From positions 256,001 through 320,000 of the forward strand of contig CAWDOD010000011.1 in NCBI GenBank assembly GCA_963803805.1: DNA of 64,000 bases, given 5' to 3'. Under the pieces are notes generated by a model, which saw only the letters and a program-made list of their open reading frames with translations, searched no databases and was not told the DNA's origin. Shown here in pieces: positions 29,642 to 39,619 of the stretch. Position 1 is the stretch's first letter; each line of letters opens with the position of its first letter. A program made the position numbers and the translations under genes. The DNA comes from an uncultured cyanobacterium (GTDB taxonomy: Bacteria; Cyanobacteriota; Cyanobacteriia; Cyanobacteriales; CAWCAG01).

Positions 29642-29744
29642 TAACTAATGCCCAACAGCAACGGCAGCCCTACATTGATAACTGATCATTGAAAACAGAC
29701 TCCCCTTGCTAGAATTTAAGAAACATTACTTAATGATTATGGCC

Positions 29745-30005
29745 ATGGAGTCGAAAGTAGAAATCTATACCTGGAGTCGTTGCCCTTTTTGTATCAGGGC
29801 TAAGGGTTTGTTAGATAAGAAAGGAGTTCAATACACAGAATACTGTATTGACGGCAAGCCCCAAGAAAGAGAAGAAATGTCTCAAAGGGCAAATGGGCGT
29901 ACTTCTGTGCCGCAAATCTTTATTAACGATGAACATATTGGCGGTTGTGATGATCTCTATGCTTTGGAGTCGGCTAATAAGTTAGATGCTTTGTTAATTG
30001 CCTAA
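29745..30005 (+). CDS. grxC: Glutaredoxin 3
   Basis: VEIYTW..CPFC and SVPQIFI...HIGGCDDL; upstream of gshB. Confidence 0.92.
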   Translation: MESKVEIYTWSRCPFCIRAKGLLDKKGVQYTEYCIDGKPQEREEMSQRANGRTSVPQIFINDEHIGGCDDLYALESANKLDALLIA

Positions 30006-30121
30006 TGACTAGTTGGTAATAGTATCTTTCCTTGTTCCCTATAGCCTTACGGCAACGCTTACGTTAACTTGTAAGCGTCTCCGCAAGGAGAAACCTTACT
30101 TCTTCTTCTTCTGTTTCCTAT

Positions 30122-31084
30122 ATGAAATTTGCTTTTATAATAGACCCTTTAGCTAAGCTAGATCCTGGACATGATAGTAGTGTTGCCATAATGGAAGCGG
30201 CACAACAATTAGGACATGAAGTTTGGGTAACTCAAGCTGAAAAGTTAAGTGTGGTTGAGGGTAAGGCTTGGGCGCTTTTAGAAAAAGTGGAACTTACCCC
30301 GGTGGAATTAGTTGAGGGACGTTGGGTTCCTGTGGTTGATTGGTATCAGGTTTCCCAAGGGGTGTTTATGGCTTTGGAAGAAATGGATGCTGTATTTATG
30401 CGAACAGATCCTCCTGTAACTATTCCTTACCTCTACACCACCCAAATTCTCGATTTAATCAATCCAGAAAAAACCTTAGTTGTCAATAAACCAAGAGGGA
30501 TACAAGCAGCTAATGAAAAGCTTTATGCTTTAAATTTTCAATCAGTTATTCCCGAAACCATTGTTACCCAAGATAAACAAGTAATTAAGGAGTTTGTCGC
30601 TGAAAAAGAAGCCGGAGTCCTCAAACCTCTAGCCGGAAAAGCTGGGGAAGGAATTTTATTTCTTGCTGATGGCGATCGCAACTTAAATTCTTTGATTGAA
30701 ATTAGTACCAAATGGGGAAAAGAACCTGTGATGGTACAAGCTTATTTACCTGCTGCTAAAGAAGGGGATAAAAGGATTATTTTACTCGACGGCAAACCCC
30801 TTGGGGCAGTTAACCGTATTCCCACAGGTAAGGAGTTTCGCGGCAACATGGCGGTAGGAGGCAGAGTTGCCGCAGTAGAGATCACTCCAAGGGAAGAAGA
30901 AATTTGTGAGTTGGTTGCCCCGAAGTTAGTTGAAGATGGTTTATACTTCGTTGGTATTGATGTTATCGGCGGTTACTTGACGGAAGTAAATGTTACTAGC
31001 CCCACAGGTATTAGGGAAATAGATCGTCTGAATAATGTTTCTTTAGGCAAAGAAATAATTCAATGGCTAGAAAATCGTTCCTAA
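30122..31084 (+). CDS. gshB: Glutathione synthetase
   Basis: FIIDP, MRTDPP, GDKRI, FRGNMAVGG and EVNVTSPTG. Confidence 0.96.
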   Translation: MKFAFIIDPLAKLDPGHDSSVAIMEAAQQLGHEVWVTQAEKLSVVEGKAWALLEKVELTPVELVEGRWVPVVDWYQVSQGVFMALEEMDAVFMRTDPPVTIPYLYTTQILDLINPEKTLVVNKPRGIQAANEKLYALNFQSVIPETIVTQDKQVIKEFVAEKEAGVLKPLAGKAGEGILFLADGDRNLNSLIEISTKWGKEPVMVQAYLPAAKEGDKRIILLDGKPLGAVNRIPTGKEFRGNMAVGGRVAAVEITPREEEICELVAPKLVEDGLYFVGIDVIGGYLTEVNVTSPTGIREIDRLNNVSLGKEIIQWLENRS

Positions 31085-31121
31085 TCAGCAACTAGCCATT
31101 AGCCCTTAGCAAATAACAAAA

Positions 31122-31916
31122 TCACTTAATTGCTGCTTTAACCCTAAAACAAAACTCTTCGATCGCTTGTAAACCCTCTTCTGGAGTTCCGGTGGCTAGA
31201 CGCTTAACTATGGCACTACCCACAATTGCTGCATCTGCCCCCCATTCTTTTACTTGTTTGGCTTGTTCGGGTTGAGAAATACCAAAACCAACACCAATGG
31301 GTTTATCGGTAACTTTATGTAAGCTTTGTAATAAATCTTTAACCCTAGTTTCCAATTCCGAACGTACTCCTGTTACCCCAGTCACACTTACCAAATAAAC
31401 AAAACCTTGAGATTGAGAGGCGATCGCCTCTATCCTTTCAATAGGGGAAGTTGGGGCAACCAGTAAGATAACTTCAATTCCTTTCTCTGCGGCGGGTTTG
31501 AGGAGGGTTTCTGCTTCTTCTAAGGGTAAATCTGGCACAACCAAACCTTTTACCCCAGCAGCGACAATTTGGTCAAGAAATGCTTCAATGCCCCGATAAA
31601 AAATGGGGTTGTAATAGGTGAAAAGAATAATTGGTGCAGCAATTTCCCCAGAAATATCCCGAACAATTTGCAAAACATCCTCTAACTTGACTCCCTTTGC
31701 CAAAGCCCTCGTCGCTGCGGCTTGAATAGTTGGTCCATCTGCGAGAGGATCAGAATAGGGAACTCCCAATTCAATTATATCTGCCCCTGAGCGATCAAGA
31801 ACCTTGAGGGCGCGGGCAGTAGTAGCCAGATCCGGATCTCCAGCAGTTATAAAAGGAATGAAAGCACACTGAGAACGATTACGAAGGGCTTCAAAACAAG
31901 CGGAAACTGATGTCAT
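31122..31916 (-). CDS. trpA: Tryptophan synthase alpha chain
   Basis: [28 protein letters not shown] and VGFGIS. Confidence 0.97.
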   Translation of the reverse strand: MTSVSACFEALRNRSQCAFIPFITAGDPDLATTARALKVLDRSGADIIELGVPYSDPLADGPTIQAAATRALAKGVKLEDVLQIVRDISGEIAAPIILFTYYNPIFYRGIEAFLDQIVAAGVKGLVVPDLPLEEAETLLKPAAEKGIEVILLVAPTSPIERIEAIASQSQGFVYLVSVTGVTGVRSELETRVKDLLQSLHKVTDKPIGVGFGISQPEQAKQVKEWGADAAIVGSAIVKRLATGTPEEGLQAIEEFCFRVKAAIK

Positions 31917-31923
31917 TTAGAAT

Positions 31924-32037
31924 TAAGTAATAAGTAATAAGTAATAAGTAATAAGTAATAAGTAATAAGTAATAACAGTTGTCACTATTTATTACCACTA
32001 GCAAATAGCAAATAGCAATTAGCAAATAGCAATTAGC
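31924..32037. repeat. Heptamer tandem repeats (STRR-like)
   Basis: Seven perfect TAAGTAA units at 31924-31972, then TAGCAA(A/T) units at about 32000-32037. Confidence 0.9.
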
Positions 32038-32341
32038 CTTTTAATTTCTCTTCTTCAACTTCTGCTTGCAGTTTTGCTAGTTCTTCTGGGGACATTTCTT
32101 CTAAACGCTTTTGCAAGACGGCATCTTCGTAGTCCTTGATCTGTTGGTTATAAGTCATATTTTTTGTTCCTACCCGAAACAAATAGGTAGAAATCCAACC
32201 AAGCAAACCCATCACCAATAATACCTGACTCCAAACTCCTGCCGAGAGGCTATCAAGTCCAGCTATTTGCAAAACCAAGTAAGCTAAACCTCCAGCGATA
32301 AAGACACCAAAGGCAATGGCGATCGCATCAATTCTTCGCAT
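32033..32341 (-). CDS. DUF3007-family protein
   Basis: MRRIDAI, SAGVWSQ, MTYNQQ..DYE; lies in the ndhL-DUF3007-trpA context. Confidence 0.85.
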   Translation of the reverse strand: MRRIDAIAIAFGVFIAGGLAYLVLQIAGLDSLSAGVWSQVLLVMGLLGWISTYLFRVGTKNMTYNQQIKDYEDAVLQKRLEEMSPEELAKLQAEVEEEKLKG

Positions 32342-32355
32342 ACTGAATAAGGCGT

Positions 32356-32592
32356 TTATTGCCTACTAAATCTAGGTTTTGGTCGCAAATTTAAAAAGGG
32401 ACTAAGTAGCAGTAATCCTGGGAAGAAGAAGAAGACTAAGAAGTACATAAAAGCCCGCTCAAAAGAAGAGGCTACATACCAGCGTTTTTGCAGGTAAAAG
32501 TAAAGCAAACCAGGAAGTACAACTAGATATGCACCGCTTAAGGCTAGGTACAACAATCCAACTAAGAGAGTTTGAGCTTCGGTAAATTCCAT
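32356..32592 (-). CDS. ndhL: NAD(P)H-quinone oxidoreductase subunit L
   Basis: [13 protein letters not shown]...Y...[31 protein letters not shown]. Confidence 0.93.
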   Translation of the reverse strand: MEFTEAQTLLVGLLYLALSGAYLVVLPGLLYFYLQKRWYVASSFERAFMYFLVFFFFPGLLLLSPFLNLRPKPRFSRQ

Positions 32593-32659
32593 AGGCTTTT
32601 TATAATAATTACCAATCAATAATTTCTAATCACCATACCAGCTTTGATTGTACTACTTT

Positions 32660-33808
32660 TCAATTACCATCACAAACTTGCGGGTTATAGGGATATGTAA
32701 CCTCAACCAAATAAGGGGTAGGTTGAGGATTCTTAGCAAATAGATCTGGAGCCTTCAAGTCTGCTTTGGCTTGTTCATCTAAAATATGATAACCAGAACT
32801 CCCTATCAAAAATGGCTCACCACTAATTTTACCTTCAGCATTAACTATAACTCCATAAGTAGCAGCGCCTTGGAGTTGCTCTCCATTAACTTTTTCTCCG
32901 AAGCAAGCCTCTTTAGGGTAATTACCACCTGTAGACAAATCTGGTTTTGAGATGTCTGGAGTTATACCTATTTGTTGTTGGACTGATTCTGCCCATTTTA
33001 AGGCTTTCACGTTAGCTTGATTATCTGCGGTGAAAGGTTCTACACGAGCAAGTCGTTCTCTTAATTGTGACGAAACTTCTTGAGTTTCGGGTGCTTCGCT
33101 ACCTGAAATAGCTTCAGGTATGCTCTGCCCATTGTCAAATCCTTGATCCTTTTCTCGATCATTATTACTCGCAACTGGTGTTGTATTTTCAGCAGTGTTA
33201 TCAGTTTTGCTGTCTTGGTTGGGAGTAGAATTAGAGTCTTTACTATCGTTTGGATTTTGTTCAGCCAGCCTTAGTTCTTTCTTTTTATACTCTTCTTGTA
33301 ATCGCTGTTTTTCTGCTTCTAATTCCTGTACATCTTGTTTGCGTAGCTGATTAAAGGTTTTGTTTATATTTTGCTCATGCTTTTTCACTTGCTGACTTGC
33401 TAGTTTCTCAATCTCCTTTATGCTTAATTGCCTCTGTTGCTGTTGCTTTTGAGCCTGAGCAGGATTCTTACTTATTTTTGTCCCTGTAGAACCGCTATCA
33501 CGACTACGGCGAGGAATTCCAGGAACAGTTCTTCCTTGTATCACACCAGGCTTTTTTTGACCAGTTAATTGGTCAGGATCAAGTAAAGCAAGTTCTGGAG
33601 GTCTTTCTAAATTTGGTAAACCACTTTGATTTATTTCAGAAGCATTGAGCAAACCTACAGGTTGAGACTCTTCTACTTCGGGGCTAGAATAAAAGCTAGG
33701 AACCGCCAATGCTGCAATGCCATGAACCCCAACCGAAGCGAGTACAGCAATACTGAAAGGCTGAGCTAAGGCGTTGGGAATACCTTTGATAAAATCAGAA
33801 AAAGACAT
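32660..33808 (-). CDS. TonB-like protein (N-terminal anchor, low-complexity linker, TonB_C-like domain)
   Basis: ASVGVHG anchor; YPKEAC...QG......VNAEG...IGSSGYHILD. Confidence 0.65.
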   Translation of the reverse strand: MSFSDFIKGIPNALAQPFSIAVLASVGVHGIAALAVPSFYSSPEVEESQPVGLLNASEINQSGLPNLERPPELALLDPDQLTGQKKPGVIQGRTVPGIPRRSRDSGSTGTKISKNPAQAQKQQQQRQLSIKEIEKLASQQVKKHEQNINKTFNQLRKQDVQELEAEKQRLQEEYKKKELRLAEQNPNDSKDSNSTPNQDSKTDNTAENTTPVASNNDREKDQGFDNGQSIPEAISGSEAPETQEVSSQLRERLARVEPFTADNQANVKALKWAESVQQQIGITPDISKPDLSTGGNYPKEACFGEKVNGEQLQGAATYGVIVNAEGKISGEPFLIGSSGYHILDEQAKADLKAPDLFAKNPQPTPYLVEVTYPYNPQVCDGN

Positions 33809-34058
33809 AATAGTTAATTTTTAGTTAGCCGAGGTTAGGTTTTAACGGAATAAGTTTAAGTAGTAATTTATTAAACTCCGTTCTCATTCTAGTAATTGCT
33901 GAGGCTACTGTGTTATTTGGTCGCCATAAATTTAAGATATTTTTCCATTATCTAGCTGATAACTAGCAAAGTTTTGGCCTCGCCACAACCTTGATTCATG
34001 ACGGATAAGTAAGCTTTATGTTGCTTTCAGGTTGACATTTGAGTAACCCCTTGAGTTT

Positions 34059-34308
34059 ATGATTAAACAGACTGCCAGTGCGGATATTTTTGCGGCGATC
34101 GCAAGATCCTCTACACGGCGAGCTTTGTTAGAAAAGTTGCGGCAGGAAGAACAATCTGTCAAGTAATTGGCTAAACCTTCTGCTATTTTGATTACCGGGA
34201 ATTTCCCAATACCTACGCATACTAAAAAATGTCGGCCCAGTGAAGCAGCAACATTTAGGCAAACAACGTAATTTATCTCCTGAATTCTCAACCCTTAAAA
34301 AAATATTA
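34059..34308 (+). pseudogene. ArsR/SmtB-family regulator pseudogene
   Basis: MIKQTASADIFAAIA..TRRALLEKLRQEEQSVK*LAKP.../LPGISQYLRILKNVG.VKQQ..GKQR/IYLLNSQPL, with TAA at 34164 and small indels. Confidence 0.75.
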
Positions 34309-34324
34309 CCTAATTATCTAAAAA

Positions 34325-34987
34325 ATGCTAAAACTTTACCATCAACCCATTTCTGCTAACTCCCGTCGAGTTTGGATTGCACTATTAGAAAAAGGTCTTG
34401 CTTTTGAAGAAGTTATCGTCAAATTAGATGGAGATCAATTTGCACCAGATTTCCTTAAAATTAGTCCTTTTCATCGTATTCCTGTATTGATAGATGGTGA
34501 TTTGATTGTAGTTGAATCTTTGGCAATTCTTGATTATTTAGAAGCTAAATATCCTACCCCAGCTTTGTTACCGAAAGAACCTGAATCTTTAGCTAAAGTA
34601 AGTATGGTACAAATGGTGACTATTAATGAATTGTTGCCAGCGATAACAAGGTTAAGCACCGAAGCTATCGGTATTACTCAAGAACCAGAAAAAAAGGAAA
34701 AGGCTGAACATAAAGCAATAGATGTGTTGAACTTTTTTGAGAATTTGCTAGGTGAAAATGAATATTTTAGTGGCGATAGTTTGACTTTTGCCGATATTAC
34801 CGCCGGCACAGTGATACCAAGTTTACCTATGGTTGGTGTACCTTTAGATAATCATCCTAAGTTAGCTATCTGGTGCAATAAACTTTCAAGTCGTGATAGT
34901 TGGCAAAAAACGCAGTTTACAAAAGAAGAAATAGAAGCTTTTATCCCTCGTATGAAGGTTTTAACTAAGGCTTATTGGGATAAGTGA
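34325..34987 (+). CDS. Glutathione S-transferase family protein
   Basis: SANSRRVWIALLEKG, PFHRIPVL.DG, ESLAILDYLE and TFADI. Confidence 0.92.
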   Translation: MLKLYHQPISANSRRVWIALLEKGLAFEEVIVKLDGDQFAPDFLKISPFHRIPVLIDGDLIVVESLAILDYLEAKYPTPALLPKEPESLAKVSMVQMVTINELLPAITRLSTEAIGITQEPEKKEKAEHKAIDVLNFFENLLGENEYFSGDSLTFADITAGTVIPSLPMVGVPLDNHPKLAIWCNKLSSRDSWQKTQFTKEEIEAFIPRMKVLTKAYWDK

Positions 34988-35061
34988 AAACATTGAGCAT
35001 TTATCGTTTATCATTTATCATTTATCGAAATAAGCTTCTTATCTTAATTCTAAGACTTGTT

Positions 35062-35130
35062 TAGCAATTAGCAACTAGCGATTAGCAAATAGCAACTAGC
35101 AGTTAGCAACTAGCAACTAGCAACTAGCAA
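35062..35130. repeat. TAGCAA(C/T/A) heptamer tandem repeat
   Basis: About ten degenerate units upstream of proA. Confidence 0.85.
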
Positions 35131-35171
35131 TTTGATATAATACACTTCTTTAAATTAAGCAGAATAAAACT

Positions 35172-36482
35172 ATGGTTGCCTCACAAACCACCTCTGTTTC
35201 TTTAACAGAAATAGCTAAGAAAACTCGCCAAGCAGCAAGTCAATTAAGTACATTATCCACCGCCGAACGTAATGAAGCTATTGAAGCGATCGCACAATCT
35301 TTAGAAGAGTATACCCCAGAAATTATTGCTGCCAATGAAGAAGATTGTCAGCAAGGGAAAATAGCCGCTATTCCTCAAGCTTTGTTTGCCCGGTTGAAGA
35401 TGGATGCAACTAAATTGCAAGGTGCGATCGCTGGGGTAAGAAATGTGGGCAAGTTAAGCGATCCTGTAGGTGATATTCAAATTAAACGAGAGTTAGATGA
35501 AGGATTAGTTTTGCAGCGTGTTACTTGCCCTTTAGGAGTGTTAGGAATTATCTTTGAAGCCCGTCCTGATGCTTTAATTCAGATTACTAGTTTAGCAATA
35601 AAATCAGGTAACGGAGTTATTTTAAAAGGTGGCAAAGAAGCCCTCAATTCTTGTCAAGAATTAGTTAAAGCAATTCAAAAGGGCTTAAGGAAAACGAAAG
35701 TTAACCCTGATGCGGTACAACTCCTCACTACTAGAGAAGAAATTCGGGCTTTATTAGATTTAGACGAATATGTAGATTTAATTATTCCTAGAGGTTCTAA
35801 TTCTTTTGTTCGCTACGTTCAAGATAATACTCGCATTCCTGTTTTAGGTCATGCTGAGGGAATTTGTCATTTATATGTTGATCAAGCAGCAGATTTAACT
35901 AAAGCAATTGCCATTACCGTAGATTCAAAAACACAGTATCCTGCTGCTTGTAATGCCGTAGAAACTCTTTTAGTTCATCAGGAAATAGCAGCTAATTTTC
36001 TACCACAACTAGCTAAAACTTTGCAAGCTGAAAAAGTAGAATTGCGAGGAGATAAAGCAACTCAAGAAATAATTGATGTGCAACCTGCTACTGTAGAAGA
36101 TTGGAGTACAGAATATAGCGACTTGATTCTAGCTATTAAAATAGTTGATTCTTTAGAAAGTGCGATCGCCCATATTAATACCTACGGTTCTAAACATACC
36201 GATGCCATCGTCACCGAAGATCAAAAAGCTGCTACAAACTTCCAAAACCAAGTTGACGCAGCAGGAGTCTTCCACAACTGTTCTACACGCTTTTCTGATG
36301 GGTTTCGCTATGGTTTTGGAGCAGAAGTTGGCATCAGCACTCAACAAATGCCTCCTCGTGGTCCTGTGGGGTTAGAAGGCTTAATTACCTATAAGTACAA
36401 ATTAACAGGAAATGGTCATCTTGCCGCTACTTATTCTGGACTCGAAGCTAAATCTTTTACTCACAAAGAGTTAGAATTATAG
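35172..36482 (+). CDS. proA: Gamma-glutamyl phosphate reductase
   Basis: [36 protein letters not shown] and RGPVGL. Confidence 0.96.
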   Translation: MVASQTTSVSLTEIAKKTRQAASQLSTLSTAERNEAIEAIAQSLEEYTPEIIAANEEDCQQGKIAAIPQALFARLKMDATKLQGAIAGVRNVGKLSDPVGDIQIKRELDEGLVLQRVTCPLGVLGIIFEARPDALIQITSLAIKSGNGVILKGGKEALNSCQELVKAIQKGLRKTKVNPDAVQLLTTREEIRALLDLDEYVDLIIPRGSNSFVRYVQDNTRIPVLGHAEGICHLYVDQAADLTKAIAITVDSKTQYPAACNAVETLLVHQEIAANFLPQLAKTLQAEKVELRGDKATQEIIDVQPATVEDWSTEYSDLILAIKIVDSLESAIAHINTYGSKHTDAIVTEDQKAATNFQNQVDAAGVFHNCSTRFSDGFRYGFGAEVGISTQQMPPRGPVGLEGLITYKYKLTGNGHLAATYSGLEAKSFTHKELEL

Positions 36483-36569
36483 ACAAAAAAATGCGATCGC
36501 AACATTTTTTCCTAAGAAAAGTACATCAGGTTGCTTTCCTTCAAAAAAAGTAAATATAATAAATATTTA

Positions 36570-37388
36570 ATGGTGAATAATAAATTCCCTAGCACCTACT
36601 CTATCTTGTCTCAGACTCAATGCTTGCGAGTTAGCGATGGAAAGACGAGTTCTATCTTTGATAGTTGTTTCCAAGGAAGGCCATTCTCTGTAGGAGATAC
36701 TTCGCGATCGCTGATTCTAATTTGGTCACAACTAGGGGACTTCGACAACCTTGAATATGCTTGGTGGCTACAGAAAGCCCAAGCTAAGCTAGAGGCAGAA
36801 AACATCAATGTTCGTGCTGTTGGTATTGGTGATCGCCCGGCAGGGGAAAAATTTTGTGACTATACTGGATTTCCCCCAACCCAGTTATTTGTAGATCCTC
36901 AAGCAGAGATTCATCATGCTTTGGGGCTGTATCGTGGCTTAACCAGAAAATTCCCCCTCCTCTCAACAGGGCAAAATGCTTGGTTTAACTTAATGTTGAT
37001 GTGTGCAGGAATTGGTAGCCCTGGAACCCTTAAAGAAGTTTTGCGAGGTTACAAAGGCGATCGTCAAGCCCCCCAACTATTTAGTGATGATGAAATCATT
37101 CGTGGTACACCATTACCATCCTTCAAAGCCTCATCTTTTAAGCTAGCAGGGGGAAAAGGCTTTCAACGTCCTTTTGAACTAGCGACTCTGCGTTTACAAA
37201 ATATGACTGAAGTTCTTAGTAACTGGAAAACCTATGTTCCAAACTCAACTTACTTAACCCAAAGGGGAGGAACTTTTCTTTTTGATGGGGAAGGAAATTT
37301 GTTGTATGAACATCGCGATCGCGGTATTCTCGGCTTTGCAGAGAATATGAGTGAGCCTCTCTCTTTTTTATTCAAAGCTAATGGCTAA
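36570..37388 (+). CDS. Peroxiredoxin-like (AhpC/TSA-2) family protein
   Basis: QLGDFD..EYA, MCAGIGSPGTL.EV.RGY, QRPFELATLRL and TQRGGTF. Confidence 0.8.
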   Translation: MVNNKFPSTYSILSQTQCLRVSDGKTSSIFDSCFQGRPFSVGDTSRSLILIWSQLGDFDNLEYAWWLQKAQAKLEAENINVRAVGIGDRPAGEKFCDYTGFPPTQLFVDPQAEIHHALGLYRGLTRKFPLLSTGQNAWFNLMLMCAGIGSPGTLKEVLRGYKGDRQAPQLFSDDEIIRGTPLPSFKASSFKLAGGKGFQRPFELATLRLQNMTEVLSNWKTYVPNSTYLTQRGGTFLFDGEGNLLYEHRDRGILGFAENMSEPLSFLFKANG

Positions 37389-37457
37389 TAGCTAATTGCC
37401 AAAAGTTAAGGGTAAACGAAGCAGTATATTCAAAGCCTACTCCCAAATCCCTGTCTA

Positions 37458-38192
37458 TTACTTACTACGACGGCGCGTAGAAGCAAAAGCACCACCTAAT
37501 AAAGTTAAAGAAATTAAAGAAATTGAGCTGGGTTCAGGTACAGAATGTGATGGTGGCATTGCCATCGTACCAACCTTAAACTGATAAGCCAACTCCGAAC
37601 GTCTAGGACGGTTGCCATCAACCCAAGCAAAATTAGATGTACCTGTGATCAGAAAGTTGTTACCAATATCGGTAATTTTCAAATAGTCAACTGTATCGCT
37701 ATCATCAGAACTGACTGTACCGTCGTAAGCCATACCATCAACTACCAAATTACTAATCTCTGTAATGCTACCGTCTCCATTAGAGCGAGTACGAAGAAAA
37801 ATGCTGTCAATATTGGCTAAATCTTGAACATCTTCTTTCATTAATTCTATACCAGCAACGGTATAGATAACCTTAGACCCATCATATTCTAAACGAAAAT
37901 CAACTGGTTGATTATTGCCCCATTCCAATTCAGCAGTAGGCTTAGGTATTCCTCCTGGGCCGGGAGGCTCTACTTCTTGAATATCGATTTCAAAGTCTCC
38001 GTTACCAGAAATACCAATACGGCTTTCGGCAATAAAATCTTCGGCAAACTTACCTTCTCCTAGAAGCTGATTAAATTCTCCGTCTGTTAAATCAGTTAAG
38101 GGAGTAAAAGTAGCAGCATTAGCTGCCATTGTGCTTGTGACTATCCCTAATGTTGCTAGGGATAATGTAGAAACAACCTTAGTAGTTTTCAT
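37458..38192 (-). CDS. PEP-CTERM secreted protein
   Basis: Signal peptide ending ANA; VPEPSSISLI...RRRSK. Confidence 0.87.
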   Translation of the reverse strand: MKTTKVVSTLSLATLGIVTSTMAANAATFTPLTDLTDGEFNQLLGEGKFAEDFIAESRIGISGNGDFEIDIQEVEPPGPGGIPKPTAELEWGNNQPVDFRLEYDGSKVIYTVAGIELMKEDVQDLANIDSIFLRTRSNGDGSITEISNLVVDGMAYDGTVSSDDSDTVDYLKITDIGNNFLITGTSNFAWVDGNRPRRSELAYQFKVGTMAMPPSHSVPEPSSISLISLTLLGGAFASTRRRSK

Positions 38193-38317
38193 GGTTGTCG
38201 GCTCCTGAAATCTTTACTTGCTTATCTTGAGCTTAAGCCGACTTTTTTCTTTTTTCAATAAAAAACAAACAACTTCACACAAAAAAACCACGAATAATAC
38301 TACACAAACTAATTTAT

Positions 38318-38707
38318 CTAGAAGCTAAAAAAGTTACCGAATGCAGCCAGGGTTCGATATTTTTTGCCTGATAATTCTGTAGTATAGAGACTCAAGAAAA
38401 TTAAGTTTTGACGTTCTGTTACTTGAAAGATAAAGTCCTGTAAAGATTCACTTTCCGTCTTTTTTGTTTTGGCCAGGTTGTTCATTTTTTGGCATTGATT
38501 ATCAGTATTTAATGTAGCAGTAGTATGGTGACAATTTCCAGCTTTAATTACTGCTGCTAACTTAGTTGAAGCATATTCAAGATAAGCTGGTCGATTGGGA
38601 TTAGTTACTACCATCGCAGCAGCAAAAATAGTTATGGCGATCGCACCTTGACTAATCTTCCTTTTTGGCAAGTCGCTACTCAAACCGTAGGGCATATAGG
38701 TTTTCAT
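38318..38707 (-). CDS. DUF4359-family protein
   Basis: TNP...AY..YA, TERQNLIFLSLYTT and AFGNF. Confidence 0.78.
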   Translation of the reverse strand: MKTYMPYGLSSDLPKRKISQGAIAITIFAAAMVVTNPNRPAYLEYASTKLAAVIKAGNCHHTTATLNTDNQCQKMNNLAKTKKTESESLQDFIFQVTERQNLIFLSLYTTELSGKKYRTLAAFGNFFSF

Positions 38708-39130
38708 TTTGTTTAGCTAGCTCTAATTAAATAGTCCTCAAGTAAAAATGTTCGATTCAGGGTAAACTGTTCCGGAAATAATTACTGACCACAGCTAATC
38801 AATGACTTAAGCGAGACAGCCGATTTTCGTTTGTCAGTAGTTATGGCCTTTAGTATTCCCTTATTTTGGGTTTTAGTAGTGCATCCTAACGGAGGCCATC
38901 ATCGGGCGACCTTATAATCTTTATAGTTTGTTTTTTGTTCTTTAAATGTAGTATTGGTGACAGCTATTACAATAGGCAATTCTGCAATAGAGGTAAGAAA
39001 TCGCCATTTTTTCTCAACACAACGACAACCTATTTTCACAACTTTGATAACTCATTAGAGTCACTATCTAGTTGCTATAAAACTAAGTATAGGAAGCACA
39101 AAAGTTGTAACTAAAACTCTTCACCTTATT

Positions 39131-39144
39131 GTATCACTTGATAC
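39131..39144. promoter_or_regulatory. NtcA-consensus site
   Basis: GTA-TCACTTGA-TAC; no canonical -10 element at the 22-nt spacing. Confidence 0.35.
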
Positions 39145-39173
39145 TGAAATTCGATTTATATCCCTCACCTCAG

Positions 39174-39575
39174 TCATTCCCCATGGAGCCATTCCCGAAT
39201 ATTTTCCGGTAGAGGAGTTCTCCTTCTGTTAGAAGGATTAATACAAACGTGTCTGGTTAGTGCTTCAGCCAATAGTTTCTCCGCTTCTGTAGCGAAGATT
39301 TGATAAGCGACTTCAAACTCACTTTCCTTTAATTGTTTAGGGGTTAGTTGAACTAATAATCTATCACCACAAAACATCGGGAAGAAAAAGTCTACAGAAC
39401 TATGGACAATAGGAAGTACTGTAGTAGAACTATTAACTAATTCTTGGAAGTTAATTCCTGCATTAACTAAAGACTGTTCGTAAGCTTCATGACACATTAC
39501 CAGGACATTAGCGAAATAGACAACACCCGCTGCATCTGTATCTGATAGACGTACTGTGCGAGGGAGTTTGTTCAC
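39174..39575 (-). CDS. 1,4-dihydroxy-2-naphthoyl-CoA hydrolase (4HBT thioesterase)
   Basis: DTDAAGVVYFA....CHEAYE, PIVH...DF and TRHVCI. Confidence 0.87.
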   Translation of the reverse strand: MNKLPRTVRLSDTDAAGVVYFANVLVMCHEAYEQSLVNAGINFQELVNSSTTVLPIVHSSVDFFFPMFCGDRLLVQLTPKQLKESEFEVAYQIFATEAEKLLAEALTRHVCINPSNRRRTPLPENIREWLHGE

Positions 39576-39619
39576 TTTAGATGTTGATTTCCTATTCCAA
39601 AATAATAGCAGCTTTTGGA

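Noticed and set aside
30043-30095. GCCT(T)ACGGCAACGCTT element (also at about 62311) as an ncRNA
   Set aside because: It looks like an ordinary short dispersed cyanobacterial repeat, with no further support.
34016-34291. 91-aa minus-strand ORF
   Set aside because: Better explained as the antisense of the plus-strand ArsR pseudogene.
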